Positions 37,762-47,302 of a stretch of 64,000 nucleotides of DNA are shown here, piece by piece. Source of the stretch: an uncultured virus (IMG/VR IMGVR_UViG_3300021431_000098) (Duplodnaviria > Heunggongvirae > Uroviricota > Caudoviricetes > Crassvirales). Within the stretch, counting starts at the first letter, position 1; each line of letters opens with the position of its first letter. The stretch is from the IMG/VR virus record IMGVR_UViG_3300021431_000098, one strand, 5' to 3'. Both the position numbers and the translations under genes were made by a program. A model generated the notes under the pieces. That model was not told the DNA's origin, searched no databases, and was given only the letters and a program-made list of their open reading frames with translations.

Positions 37762-38574
37762 ATGTTTTTAAATTTTGGTATTTCCCCTATTCAGAATGGT
37801 CAGAGAAACGCAAGTGCTAACAACGAGCCCCGTCTTATTGCTAATTCTACTGCTGGTAAGTTTCAGCTTAGTGGTATTGTAACTAAAGCTATGGGTGTTG
37901 CCAATGGTGATAGCGTTATGTTCTTGAACAATGCAGATGGTATTACTGCTGCTTTCGACCCGAAGAGTCCTCAACATAATGAGATTCTTAATCTTGCTGC
38001 TGAACTTGGTGTTGACATTAACACTACCGAAGGTCGTAATGCTGTTATTGAGAAAGCTCTTACTTACTTTGTTGCTAAGGGTATTGCTCTTTATGACAAG
38101 GTTGGTAATCACCAGCAAGTTGCAATGCGTCTTACTAAAGAGCAGAAGATTGAGTTTGTGAAGCTTCACGCTGAGGAGATTCTTGCAGCTAAGAAAGCTG
38201 ATGAAGAGAAGTATAACGAACTGATTGAGCGTGTTGGTAATCCTGATGCTACTGACGAGGAACTTAAAGCTGCTTTGACTGTTGATGATGCTACTCCTAC
38301 TGAGGATAAGTATCTTGGTTCTAAGGCTTCGAGTAAGCTTGTTGGTACTGGTAATATGGTTTCTTTCACTGATACTAATGTGTGGATGAAACTGAAGAAC
38401 GACCTTGAAGATAAGGAGAGTAAGAACCGTTACTTTAATGTTCATCTTGATAGTCCTATTACTTTCGCTATGAACAACGGTCATGAGGATGTCAATGTTA
38501 CTGCTTATCCTATTAGTTTCGATAAGGATGTTGACCCCATTGTTCGTGGTGCTAACAGTGATGAGAACGACTAA
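37762..38574 (+). CDS. highly expressed replication-module protein (SSB-like candidate)
   Basis: Strong high-expression codon bias; acidic C-tail; between SSAP and SSB. Confidence 0.6.
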   Translation: MFLNFGISPIQNGQRNASANNEPRLIANSTAGKFQLSGIVTKAMGVANGDSVMFLNNADGITAAFDPKSPQHNEILNLAAELGVDINTTEGRNAVIEKALTYFVAKGIALYDKVGNHQQVAMRLTKEQKIEFVKLHAEEILAAKKADEEKYNELIERVGNPDATDEELKAALTVDDATPTEDKYLGSKASSKLVGTGNMVSFTDTNVWMKLKNDLEDKESKNRYFNVHLDSPITFAMNNGHEDVNVTAYPISFDKDVDPIVRGANSDEND

Positions 38575-38592
38575 TTCTAAGTCATCCATTAT

Positions 38593-38628
38593 GAGGGGGT
38601 AGTTGTAGATGCAGCTACTCCCTTTTTT
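38593..38628 (+). terminator. intrinsic terminator
   Basis: GGGGGTAGTTG / CAGCTACTCCC plus T6. Confidence 0.8.
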
Positions 38629-38661
38629 AGTTTAACAATTATTAATTCATAAATCGCGATT

Positions 38662-39555
38662 ATGACAGAAGAAATTAAGAAAAGAAAAGGTAGAGGTGTT
38701 AGTAATAACACTGTTGCTACAGCACAACTAAAATTCCATGAAGATAATGCAGCTGCTAATAAGCTCTTTATTGGTCACCTTGAAGATGTCACTGTAAATT
38801 GGGCTACTGCTGGAGAAAAGAGTGCTTTTAACGGTTATAAGATTCCTTATCTTACTTTCGCTTTTGAGTCAAACGAAAATGATAAGAGTATTCGTAAGCA
38901 TGTTTATGAAACTCTGTTTCCTCAGCCTAGTAATATTGCTACTATTCCTGGTGGAGACGACGCTTGGAGAGTAGATAATATCTTTAAGTGGATTAAACAT
39001 ATCTTTGATGTGTTTGGTAAAGGTAGAGCTCTTACTGAAGCAGAAGAGGAAGCTCTTACTCTTCCTTTTGTTGATTATGACGAAGATACTAAAGAATGGA
39101 TTAGCGTTGAAGTAGAGGAAGTCATTAATGGTTATGCTTTCCTCTTTAATAACTTTGCTGCTATTCTTAATGGTACTTTTGGTCTTAAAGAGGGTGAAAC
39201 TCCTAAATCTATGTATAAAACTCCTGATGGTAAGATTATTCCTATTTGGATGAAACTTCTTCGTGCTAAGAAGCGTAAGAATAATTGGATTAATGTTACT
39301 CAGAACGGTGACCTTGGTTTTGATGATTTTCTTGGTACAGGTGCTATCGAACTTGTAAACGGAAATAATCCTCCACTTAAGCTTAAGCTAGACATTGCTA
39401 AAGAAAGCATTACTCCAAAGGAATCTACTAAGCCTACTATTGGTGGTTTCCAACAGATGCCTGGTGGTGTTGCAATGCCTAATATGATGGGTGCTCCTAT
39501 TGTCGGAAGTGAAGCTGCGGCATTTAATGCTGTTGGTGGCGATACACCTTTCTAA
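38662..39555 (+). CDS. putative single-stranded DNA-binding protein
   Basis: Flexible G/P/M-rich tail ending GDTPF (SSB-Ct-like). Confidence 0.65.
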   Translation: MTEEIKKRKGRGVSNNTVATAQLKFHEDNAAANKLFIGHLEDVTVNWATAGEKSAFNGYKIPYLTFAFESNENDKSIRKHVYETLFPQPSNIATIPGGDDAWRVDNIFKWIKHIFDVFGKGRALTEAEEEALTLPFVDYDEDTKEWISVEVEEVINGYAFLFNNFAAILNGTFGLKEGETPKSMYKTPDGKIIPIWMKLLRAKKRKNNWINVTQNGDLGFDDFLGTGAIELVNGNNPPLKLKLDIAKESITPKESTKPTIGGFQQMPGGVAMPNMMGAPIVGSEAAAFNAVGGDTPF

Positions 39556-39578
39556 GCCTATTGAGGTTTAGATAAATT

Positions 39579-39610
39579 AAGGCTATAGAGTAGAGATATT
39601 CTATAGCCTT
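39579..39610 (+). terminator. hairpin/terminator
   Basis: AAGGCTATAGA / TCTATAGCCTT. Confidence 0.6.
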
Positions 39611-39632
39611 CTATTATGTAAAAATTACAACT

Positions 39633-40796
39633 ATGAAAAGAAGTGTAAATACAGTCTGTTTAACTAAAGACTTTATTGAATCTAAAATATCTCAGGAATC
39701 TATAATGTCTAAATATCTTAATATTCCTATTGAAGATATTAAAAATTGCATAGATAAAGGAAGTTTGATGTATTCTGTATTTAGAGACGACGATACTAAT
39801 AAAAGTATGGGTTTTGCTTACAATAGAAAAGGAAGATTAAAAGTAAGAGATTTTGGTGGTTTTGGATTTTTTGAAGATGTATATGGTACTGTCGCTTATG
39901 TGTTAAGTTTAGCTTATAATAGACATATTGATTGTAATAATAAACAAGATTTTTATTTTATATTAAAACATATTGCAAAAACATTTTCAAAGATTATAGA
40001 TGGTACTGAAACAGATTATCAATTAGAAGAAGATATAAGATTAGGTGCTTCTAAAAGTAAAAATCATCAAGCTATTATAGAAATTGTTCCTAGAAGTTGG
40101 AATTATGCTGATAAAAAGTATTGGAACTCTATGGGAGTAGGTTTAGATTATCTTAATACTCATTTTGTCTATCCTGTAGATAACTATTATATAGACAGAG
40201 GAGTTGATTCTAAACCTAAATATTATTATACTGAGAAAGACCCTTGTTATGCTTATCTTCTAGGTCAAAATAGAAGAGGAATATTGCAGATGAAGTTATA
40301 CTTTCCTTTAAGAGATAAACATAATGGAATAAAGTTTATTACAAATTGTTATGTTATTGAAGGAATACCTAATTTAGAATTGTTTAATTATGATTATATA
40401 ATCATTACTAAAAGTAGTAAAGATAGATTAGCTATAGGTAATGCTTTATATCATAATTCTTTCTACGGGGGGACAGGAGCCCCACTTAACATTGGCGTTG
40501 TTAATCTTCCAAGTGAAAATCATAGACTAACTCAAATTGAATATGATTATTTAATAAATAAACTATCAGATGATGGTAAACTAATAAGTTTTCTAGATTT
40601 TGATAGAACTGGGAGATTAGGTGCTAATTACCTAAATGAAATGTATAATATTCCATATATATTTATAACTAGAGGAGAATTTGGTCTTATTAATTATGGA
40701 TGTAAAGATTTTTCTGAGTTATATATAAAGTATGGAAAAAGTAAAATTAATGAATTTATTAAAAACACATTAGATTATGTTCGAAACAAATACTAA
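39633..40796 (+). CDS. DNA primase (DnaG/TOPRIM-type, crAss)
   Basis: SVFRDD..SM..RDFG; IIITKSSKD; FLDFDRTG; KDFSE. Confidence 0.85.
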   Translation: MKRSVNTVCLTKDFIESKISQESIMSKYLNIPIEDIKNCIDKGSLMYSVFRDDDTNKSMGFAYNRKGRLKVRDFGGFGFFEDVYGTVAYVLSLAYNRHIDCNNKQDFYFILKHIAKTFSKIIDGTETDYQLEEDIRLGASKSKNHQAIIEIVPRSWNYADKKYWNSMGVGLDYLNTHFVYPVDNYYIDRGVDSKPKYYYTEKDPCYAYLLGQNRRGILQMKLYFPLRDKHNGIKFITNCYVIEGIPNLELFNYDYIIITKSSKDRLAIGNALYHNSFYGGTGAPLNIGVVNLPSENHRLTQIEYDYLINKLSDDGKLISFLDFDRTGRLGANYLNEMYNIPYIFITRGEFGLINYGCKDFSELYIKYGKSKINEFIKNTLDYVRNKY

Positions 40797-41394
40797 AACG
40801 TATGTAAAACATTACTCAAGCGATTTTCCGTGTATGTTTATTTCAAGACCTTATGACGGTAATAATGGTATTAATAAAATTATTTTAACATATTTAACTG
40901 ATGAGGAAGAAGCTAGATTAGAAGCACAAGAAGATATTACAATTACTAGAGGAGATTTAGAATTTACTATTAGAACTTCTCTTCTTTATGCTTATGGTAA
41001 TTTAGATTTAACTCCTAAAAGTGAATTGTTAAAACAAATGCACGACGCTCCTTGGCTTAATAGAGTATATGTTAGACATTTTATGCCTTCTAATTATAAT
41101 TTTGAAACACATACTAGTGTAGCAAATAGTAAACTTGGAAATTGGTTTGATACTGATAATCCTGCTACATTTATGCCGTTTCTATGGAATTGTATTGGTA
41201 GACCTGAAAAAGTTGTTATCTTTAAAGATTATCATGATAAAGCTTTAATCGCAAAACATGAAGAAGAACTTAAAAAGAGAAGAGAAAAACGAAAAGAAGA
41301 GAAAGCTAAACTAACTGAAAAGAATTATTATAGAAAAAAACAACAATCTATTGCTGCAATGAAATTACAACGTGCTAATTTAAAAGTTAATTGA
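40777..41394 (+). CDS. hypothetical protein
   Basis: 205 aa, basic C-terminal helix. Confidence 0.7.
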   Translation: MFETNTKTYVKHYSSDFPCMFISRPYDGNNGINKIILTYLTDEEEARLEAQEDITITRGDLEFTIRTSLLYAYGNLDLTPKSELLKQMHDAPWLNRVYVRHFMPSNYNFETHTSVANSKLGNWFDTDNPATFMPFLWNCIGRPEKVVIFKDYHDKALIAKHEEELKKRREKRKEEKAKLTEKNYYRKKQQSIAAMKLQRANLKVN

Positions 41395-41395
41395 T

Positions 41396-41830
41396 ATGGA
41401 CTTAGAATGGTTGAAGGGTTACACCTCCCCCGTAGAAGAAAATGAGATATATAATTCTCTTTATACTCTTGATTTTAATAAATGGTTTATAAATCAAATT
41501 AAAGTATTTCTTAATTGTAGTAGAGTCATGAAATGTGGACAAAGAGTAATCCAAACTAATGACCCTAGATATAAAGATGAAATGTCTATAACTGTAAAAA
41601 GTATTGAAAGAAATATTGATGAACAATATAAAGAGAAATATTTTAATATATTAAAATTAAGACATGAATTAAATTTAAGATATGAATCTAAACATGGTCT
41701 TGATTATGAAATAAAGAAAAAGAAACAAATTAAAACTAAATCTAAAAAGGTTGTTAAACGTAAAGAGTCTAAACAAACGGCTATACCTTTAGATATAGAT
41801 TTAAGTAAATTAAACTTTATATTGAATTAA
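41396..41830 (+). CDS. hypothetical protein
   Basis: 144 aa. Confidence 0.7.
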   Translation: MDLEWLKGYTSPVEENEIYNSLYTLDFNKWFINQIKVFLNCSRVMKCGQRVIQTNDPRYKDEMSITVKSIERNIDEQYKEKYFNILKLRHELNLRYESKHGLDYEIKKKKQIKTKSKKVVKRKESKQTAIPLDIDLSKLNFILN

Positions 41831-41832
41831 TT

Positions 41833-43026
41833 ATGAAAACATTATATAAAAGAAATGCTCAAGGTAAACCTATATTTTGGACTATAGGTAAAGCCATAGA
41901 AGGAATAGAAATAAGTAATGGACTTGTTGGAAAAATAGGTCATAAACAATTAATAACAACAACAAGAGATAAAGAAAAAGAAATTGAATCTTTAATTAAA
42001 GCTAAAAGAAAAGAAGGATATAAAGAACTTAAAGATTTATATGACGGAAGCCCTGAATCTATCCCAGATGTAGAAAATTTAACACATTATTTAGATACTT
42101 ATCTTCCAAAATATAATACTCATGAAGATGGTAAACGTATTCCAATGCTATGTAAAACATTGGAAGATAATAAACCATTTGAAAAAGGTACATATTTTGG
42201 TGAATGGAAAATTAATGGTGAACGATGTGTAATTTCTGCTAGTAAAAGTAATGATTTATTCCAAACTGTTAAATTAAATTATAGAAGTCGAGAAGGTCTT
42301 GATTGGACTGACAAATTATCATATTTAGATGAATATATTATTCCTTGTATTAAAGGAAAGATTTTAGATATGATGATTGAAGAAGGTATTGAACTGGATG
42401 GAGAATTATATTTACCTGGTTATACTATTAATGAAATTAATAGTTTTATCAAAAATACAGATGCTCCTCAACATTATGAACTTCAATATTGGTGCTATGA
42501 TTTATTAGCAGAAAATATTATTGCTGGTGCTAGATATGAAATTTTAGCTGCATCATTAGCTAAATATATTCCTTTGATTTTAACTCCTGAAGACCATCTA
42601 ACAAGTAAAGAAAGGTTTGTTCTTTTACCTGTTAGTACAGTAAGTGATATTTCAGAAGCTATCGAGAAGAGAGATAAATATATAGATTTAAAATTTGAAG
42701 GTCTTGTTATTAGAAACTATGATAGCGAATATCAATTTGGTGGCAAACGAAATAATGCTATGCTTAAATTTAAAAAGATAGAAGATGGTTTATTTGAAAT
42801 TATAAACATAAAAGAAGATAAACGCGGTCTTCCTATTTTTACACTTAGAAATGATTTGAATAATGAAACATTTGATTGTACATTAAATGCTACACAAACA
42901 ATTCAAAAAACACATTTAACTTTAAAGAATAGTCTAATAGGTAAAAAAGGTCTTGTTGAATTTCGTGAGAGAAGTGGAGTTAAACAAGTACCATTTCATG
43001 CTAAACTAATAAAAATATTTATATGA
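41833..43026 (+). CDS. ATP-dependent DNA ligase
   Basis: EWKINGER (motif I), LDGELY, YD, EGLVIR, LKFK, PFHA. Confidence 0.9.
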   Translation: MKTLYKRNAQGKPIFWTIGKAIEGIEISNGLVGKIGHKQLITTTRDKEKEIESLIKAKRKEGYKELKDLYDGSPESIPDVENLTHYLDTYLPKYNTHEDGKRIPMLCKTLEDNKPFEKGTYFGEWKINGERCVISASKSNDLFQTVKLNYRSREGLDWTDKLSYLDEYIIPCIKGKILDMMIEEGIELDGELYLPGYTINEINSFIKNTDAPQHYELQYWCYDLLAENIIAGARYEILAASLAKYIPLILTPEDHLTSKERFVLLPVSTVSDISEAIEKRDKYIDLKFEGLVIRNYDSEYQFGGKRNNAMLKFKKIEDGLFEIINIKEDKRGLPIFTLRNDLNNETFDCTLNATQTIQKTHLTLKNSLIGKKGLVEFRERSGVKQVPFHAKLIKIFI

Positions 43027-43184
43027 TTGAATTTAGAAACGGATTTGGATATAAAAATCCAAAAGTATTTCATATGCTTCCTAGTATAAGTTTTGTGCAT
43101 GATGAATTAAATTGTTGTTATAATGTGCATATCAACTTATTTAAAAGAGGATATACATTTACAATAACAAAAAGAAGAAAATGA
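43023..43184 (+). CDS. small hypothetical protein (53 aa)
   Basis: ATGA-coupled on both sides; below track cutoff. Confidence 0.55.
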   Translation: MIEFRNGFGYKNPKVFHMLPSISFVHDELNCCYNVHINLFKRGYTFTITKRRK

Positions 43185-43351
43185 AAATAAAAAATTATCA
43201 AATAGAAAAATATATCTATTTTGAATGGGGTAATCAATTTTGTCTTATTCCTACAATACTTATAGATAAATATACAGGTGATATTGAATTTATTTTTCAG
43301 TTTCTGTTTTTAACTATAAGCATTTGTTATATATTTAATCCTAAACATTAA
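43181..43351 (+). CDS. small hypothetical protein (56 aa)
   Basis: ATGA-coupled; FCLIPTI...FQFL pattern. Confidence 0.55.
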   Translation: MKIKNYQIEKYIYFEWGNQFCLIPTILIDKYTGDIEFIFQFLFLTISICYIFNPKH

Positions 43352-43360
43352 TATTATGAA

Positions 43361-43714
43361 ATGAATTTAGCAGCTTATGATAGTATGATAGATAACTTTA
43401 CAGACCACACATACATAGATGAATATTATAGAACTATGTATTCTATGGATATAGAATATAGAAAAAACTATTGTTTTCTTAGTAAATACAATAATGAAAC
43501 TAAAGCTACTGATATTTTTGTATGTATGAGTGATGAAAGAGAGGATGGATATAAATGGTTTCTTACTACTAAAACAAAAATAGGTAGAGTTAAAATTGAC
43601 TTGAAACCTATATGGAATAATCTTCCTCTTAAAACAATTGATTTTAATCAAAGAACTCCTATTAAAGAAGTAGATAGACAAGAAGATTGTATTATCTACA
43701 AATTGGACTTTTAA
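43361..43714 (+). CDS. hypothetical protein
   Basis: 117 aa. Confidence 0.7.
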   Translation: MNLAAYDSMIDNFTDHTYIDEYYRTMYSMDIEYRKNYCFLSKYNNETKATDIFVCMSDEREDGYKWFLTTKTKIGRVKIDLKPIWNNLPLKTIDFNQRTPIKEVDRQEDCIIYKLDF

Positions 43715-43747
43715 CTGAGGTTTTAGTTTGAATTTGAGGTGGAAAAT

Positions 43748-43788
43748 GCCCGTGGATGTCGATTTTTTGGCATCTGCGGGCTTTTCTT
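43748..43788 (+). terminator. intrinsic terminator
   Basis: GCCCGTGGATGTC / GGCATCTGCGGGC (3 G-U) plus TTTTCTT. Confidence 0.75.
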
Positions 43789-43884
43789 ATGCCTTATGGA
43801 TAGTTAATCCACTCCAAAATTTTAGCCGCTTATATGGCTTTAAAAAATATGAAAAATTATGTCTGATTATTGCAAAATATTATG

Positions 43885-43892
43885 TATCTTTG
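43885..43892 (+). promoter_or_regulatory. Bacteroidota -7 element (TATCTTTG)
   Basis: TAnnTTTG-CA upstream of the thyX operon. Confidence 0.6.
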
Positions 43893-43920
43893 CATATTAA
43901 ATGTACTTAAATTATAAATT

Positions 43921-44147
43921 ATGAAAATAGAAATATTGATACAGCAAAAGAGCTAAAAGATAAGATATGTAGATTAAATAGGTTAATAGAATCTGACCAT
44001 CTAAGTAATGTTATTGTAAGTTTTTATGATAAAACTGGATATAAAAGAGATATTACATTTACAGATGAAACTATGTTTGAAACTATTAAACAAACAGTAA
44101 AAGATAAAAAAGATAGCTTAGAAAATAAATTAAATGAATTATTATAA
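43921..44147 (+). pseudogene. frameshifted small gene (1-nt deletion near codon 4-5)
   Basis: ATG AAA ATA GAA + one extra A would give MKIENIDTAKELKDK...LENKLNELL*. Confidence 0.55.
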
Positions 44148-44157
44148 AATAATTAAT

Positions 44158-45153
44158 ATGAAACTAATAGAACCAAAAGTAGAATTAATACAACAAGAAC
44201 CTGGTCTTGTTGGTATGTATAAACATATTGAAAGATGTGCTAGAACTTGTTATAAGACAGAAGATAGTATAACAGAGAGTAGCTATGAAAAACTATGTGA
44301 TAAACTAATGAAAGCAAAGCATTTAGCTATGCTTGAACATGGTACTGTTTATTTATATTTGGAAATTAATACTAATAATTATGCGAAAGCATTTGATTAT
44401 CCGTCTGGTAATTTTACATCACATTACAATTGGACTGATGTTGTTGGAAGAATATATGCTAAATACGATTCTAATCCATATTCTAAAGTAAATAATACTT
44501 TTACAAATGATGGTAAATTTATAAGAAAAGTTTATGTAACAACCAATCTTAGAGTTATTATTGAAAATCATTGGGAAGATGATTTAGAATTTATTTGTGA
44601 ACCAACTGAGTTTCATGAAAAAAGAATTACTCTTAAGTTTATTACTAATATCGGAGTTACAAGAGAAAGTAATAGACATAGAGTTAATTCTATTGCTGAA
44701 GAAAGTACTAGATTTTGTAACTATAATAGTGATAAGTTTGGAAATGAAATAACGTTTATTAAACCTACTTGGATAAGTTGGGAAGAATTACAATGTACTT
44801 CAAATGTGTGTCATTTCTATAGAGTAGATTTATATTATCCTAACAATCCTGCACTTAATGCCTATATAAATTCATTAATTGTTGCTGAAGAACATTATAA
44901 TGCTTTGATAGATGATGGTTGGTCACCTCAACAAGCTAGAGAAGTTCTTCCTCTTGCAACTAAATCGGAAGTAGTTTATACTGCTTTTGCTAGTGATTGG
45001 AAACATTGGTTTGATTTAAGATTAGTAGGTACTACAGGCAAACCTCATCCTAATATGGAACAAGTTGCTTGGCTAGCACAACAAGAATTGATTAAAAATA
45101 ATCTTTGGGATTTAATTTATGACCCAAATAATAAATCGAATAAAAATGGATGA
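44158..45153 (+). CDS. thyX: flavin-dependent thymidylate synthase
   Basis: HLAMLEHG, RHRVNSIAEESTR (RHRx7S), AREVLP; start at 44158 (MKLIEP). Confidence 0.92.
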   Translation: MKLIEPKVELIQQEPGLVGMYKHIERCARTCYKTEDSITESSYEKLCDKLMKAKHLAMLEHGTVYLYLEINTNNYAKAFDYPSGNFTSHYNWTDVVGRIYAKYDSNPYSKVNNTFTNDGKFIRKVYVTTNLRVIIENHWEDDLEFICEPTEFHEKRITLKFITNIGVTRESNRHRVNSIAEESTRFCNYNSDKFGNEITFIKPTWISWEELQCTSNVCHFYRVDLYYPNNPALNAYINSLIVAEEHYNALIDDGWSPQQAREVLPLATKSEVVYTAFASDWKHWFDLRLVGTTGKPHPNMEQVAWLAQQELIKNNLWDLIYDPNNKSNKNG

Positions 45154-45478
45154 CGTATTATTTAAACAAGTAATTCTTCCTAGTGGAAGAAAAAAGTATG
45201 TTCCTTGTGGTATTTATGAAATGGAACTACCAACAGGAATATTTTTTGTAGATATAAGAAAAAATGCAAAAGAAATAGCAACGGAATCTTATATCAGTAG
45301 ACTTTATAAAATTGGAGATCCTAAACCGATTGATTTAAGTGAAATGTGTGGTTTGCATCAATTAGCAAATAAAGTAATGGAAACAAAAGAATTTAGAGAA
45401 CTTATAAGTAAATCTTGTAGTGCAAGTGAGATTGTAGCAAAAACAATAGCAATTATAAATAGTTTTAAAAATGAATAA
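45146..45478 (+). CDS. hypothetical protein
   Basis: ATG at 45146. Confidence 0.65.
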   Translation: MDDVLFKQVILPSGRKKYVPCGIYEMELPTGIFFVDIRKNAKEIATESYISRLYKIGDPKPIDLSEMCGLHQLANKVMETKEFRELISKSCSASEIVAKTIAIINSFKNE

Positions 45479-45481
45479 TAT

Positions 45482-45667
45482 ATGTATATATATGTATTAG
45501 ACTTTTCTACTGCAAGACTTGCTGAAATAAAAGTTCCAAATAATTTAATAAACAAAGAAACAGAAGATATATTAAATAGTTTTGGTTTTAGAGAAAAAGA
45601 CTGTCATTATATGATTACAGAGGATTCTTTAGAATTAGAACATTTAGATAATACAACAAATAATTAA
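45482..45667 (+). CDS. hypothetical protein
   Basis: IYVLDFS..., small phage family pattern. Confidence 0.7.
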   Translation: MYIYVLDFSTARLAEIKVPNNLINKETEDILNSFGFREKDCHYMITEDSLELEHLDNTTNN

Positions 45668-45673
45668 AATAAT

Positions 45674-45985
45674 ATGGAATTTGCAATAAATATTGATGAT
45701 AACTTGTATACTAGAGAAGTAAATGAGTTTATTAACGAATCAGAAGAACTAGTAGACCTTTATGCAAGAAAAAATAATGATTATGGCAATTCTTTTGATA
45801 AAGGAATGGATAATATAGGTATGCCTTATGGTGTTGGTAGGATTTATGATAAAGTTGGAAGACTTGTAAATCTTACCAAACATCCCAATAATCAGCAAGT
45901 AAATGAATCTATTGATGATACACTCAAAGATTTAGCTTGTTATTCAATAATGATGCTAAGATATTTACATCAAAATAAAAATTAA
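45674..45985 (+). CDS. nucleotide-modification-associated domain 1 (DUF1599-like) protein
   Basis: KNNDYGNSF...R..DK..RL...ESIDDTL.DLA.Y. Confidence 0.8.
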   Translation: MEFAINIDDNLYTREVNEFINESEELVDLYARKNNDYGNSFDKGMDNIGMPYGVGRIYDKVGRLVNLTKHPNNQQVNESIDDTLKDLACYSIMMLRYLHQNKN

Positions 45986-45988
45986 GTT

Positions 45989-46726
45989 ATGAATATATTT
46001 AATATAGAAACAGAATTACTTTCTCTTTTTGAAGAGATAGAAAATAATGACGGAGAATTGACTCCTGAACTTGAAAAGCAGTTAGAGATTGCTCAAAATG
46101 ATTTCACTACAAAAGTAAAATCTTATACTGATGTTATTAAATCATTAGATAATGATTTAAAAGCTATCAAAGAAGAACAAGATAGACTTAAGCAACTTGC
46201 TGATAGAAAGAAGAAAACTAGCGATAAACTTAAAGAAATCATTATCAATGCCATCAATATGTTTGGTGATGTTTCTAAAACAGGTACTAAATTTATTGAT
46301 TATGGCACTGGTAAAGTTTCTATCCGTAAAAGCGAAGTTGTAGATATTAATGAACCTCTAGTAGAAAAAGTAAATCAAGTTTTAAGAGATACTGTAAATT
46401 TTAATAAAGAGAATAATCAATTAGATGTAATGGATAGTATTGATTTAAGTACTATTATTACTGAAATTGCACAAACCACAGACTTAGGTATTGGTGGAGA
46501 TGATTTAAATCACCTATATGCTTGTCTCAGATTTGATATTCCTATTAAAGATTTAGCTAATGGAAATGGTTATAATGCTCTTAAAGAAATAGCTAAATAT
46601 ACTGATGATTATAAACTTGATGTAGCTCCTTCAAAAAGTGAACTTAAACAAGAGCTTAAAGAAAATGGTTCTTGTGCACCTAATCTTGCTAAAATTAAAT
46701 TTAATAATAATTTAACAATTAAATAA
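45989..46726 (+). CDS. Siphovirus Gp157-like protein
   Basis: NIFNI...IENNDGELTPE...KV.SY..VI...IKEE..RL...SIRKS. Confidence 0.75.
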   Translation: MNIFNIETELLSLFEEIENNDGELTPELEKQLEIAQNDFTTKVKSYTDVIKSLDNDLKAIKEEQDRLKQLADRKKKTSDKLKEIIINAINMFGDVSKTGTKFIDYGTGKVSIRKSEVVDINEPLVEKVNQVLRDTVNFNKENNQLDVMDSIDLSTIITEIAQTTDLGIGGDDLNHLYACLRFDIPIKDLANGNGYNALKEIAKYTDDYKLDVAPSKSELKQELKENGSCAPNLAKIKFNNNLTIK

Positions 46727-46734
46727 ATAAAGAT

Positions 46735-46893
46735 ATGACAAAGAAAGAACTTATAGAAAGTTTAGCTGATTACAACGATGACGACATTGTTGTAGTAGCA
46801 AGTGATAATCCCGACGTTCATTACGAAGTTATTGATGTTAATTATGGATGGGATGAAGATTATGAAAAAGATGTAATAATTTTATATTCTTAA
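46735..46893 (+). CDS. small acidic hypothetical protein (52 aa)
   Basis: MTKKELIESLADYNDDDIVVV; below track cutoff. Confidence 0.6.
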   Translation: MTKKELIESLADYNDDDIVVVASDNPDVHYEVIDVNYGWDEDYEKDVIILYS

Positions 46894-46896
46894 ACC

Positions 46897-47088
46897 ATGG
46901 CATACTTACAATTAGTAGAAGGAAAAGGAGTTACATTCAAGCAATTAGAAGATTTTGTTAAGGAATGTCGTAAAAAAGGCATTCCTAATAATGCTCCTAT
47001 TCAAGTTGCACAAGATGGAGGAGGTAATACTCCTTGTACTTGTATTATTGCAGAAGAAGATGGTATAACTTTATATGATTGGATTTAA
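46897..47088 (+). CDS. small protein, paralog of 47079..47300
   Basis: GVTFKQLEDFV...IIAEEDGITLYDW. Confidence 0.75.
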   Translation: MAYLQLVEGKGVTFKQLEDFVKECRKKGIPNNAPIQVAQDGGGNTPCTCIIAEEDGITLYDWI

Positions 47089-47300
47089 TTATGTGTAAAC
47101 CTACTAATGAAAAGAAATTAACAAATAAAAACGGTATTACATTTAAAGAATTAAAAGATTTTATTAATAGTATAAATTTTATTCCTGATGATTCTGTTGT
47201 ATACATAGATGTTTATTCTTCAGTTCTTTCAGAGTGTAAAACTAAAGAAATAATAGCAGATGAAGAAGGACTAACAATTTATGATTGGACAAATGAATAA
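47079..47300 (+). CDS. small protein, paralog of 46897..47088
   Basis: GITFKELKDFI...IIADEEGLTIYDW (true start may be ATG 47091). Confidence 0.75.
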   Translation: MDLIMCKPTNEKKLTNKNGITFKELKDFINSINFIPDDSVVYIDVYSSVLSECKTKEIIADEEGLTIYDWTNE

Positions 47301-47302
47301 TT

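Noticed and set aside
37768..38589. 273-aa antisense ORF
   Set aside because: Mirrors the highly biased sense gene 37762..38574 in-frame; shadow ORF from codon bias. The same applies to antisense ORFs over MCP and others.
43728..43910. 60-aa ORF with TTG start
   Set aside because: Runs across a terminator, the repeated element and a promoter.
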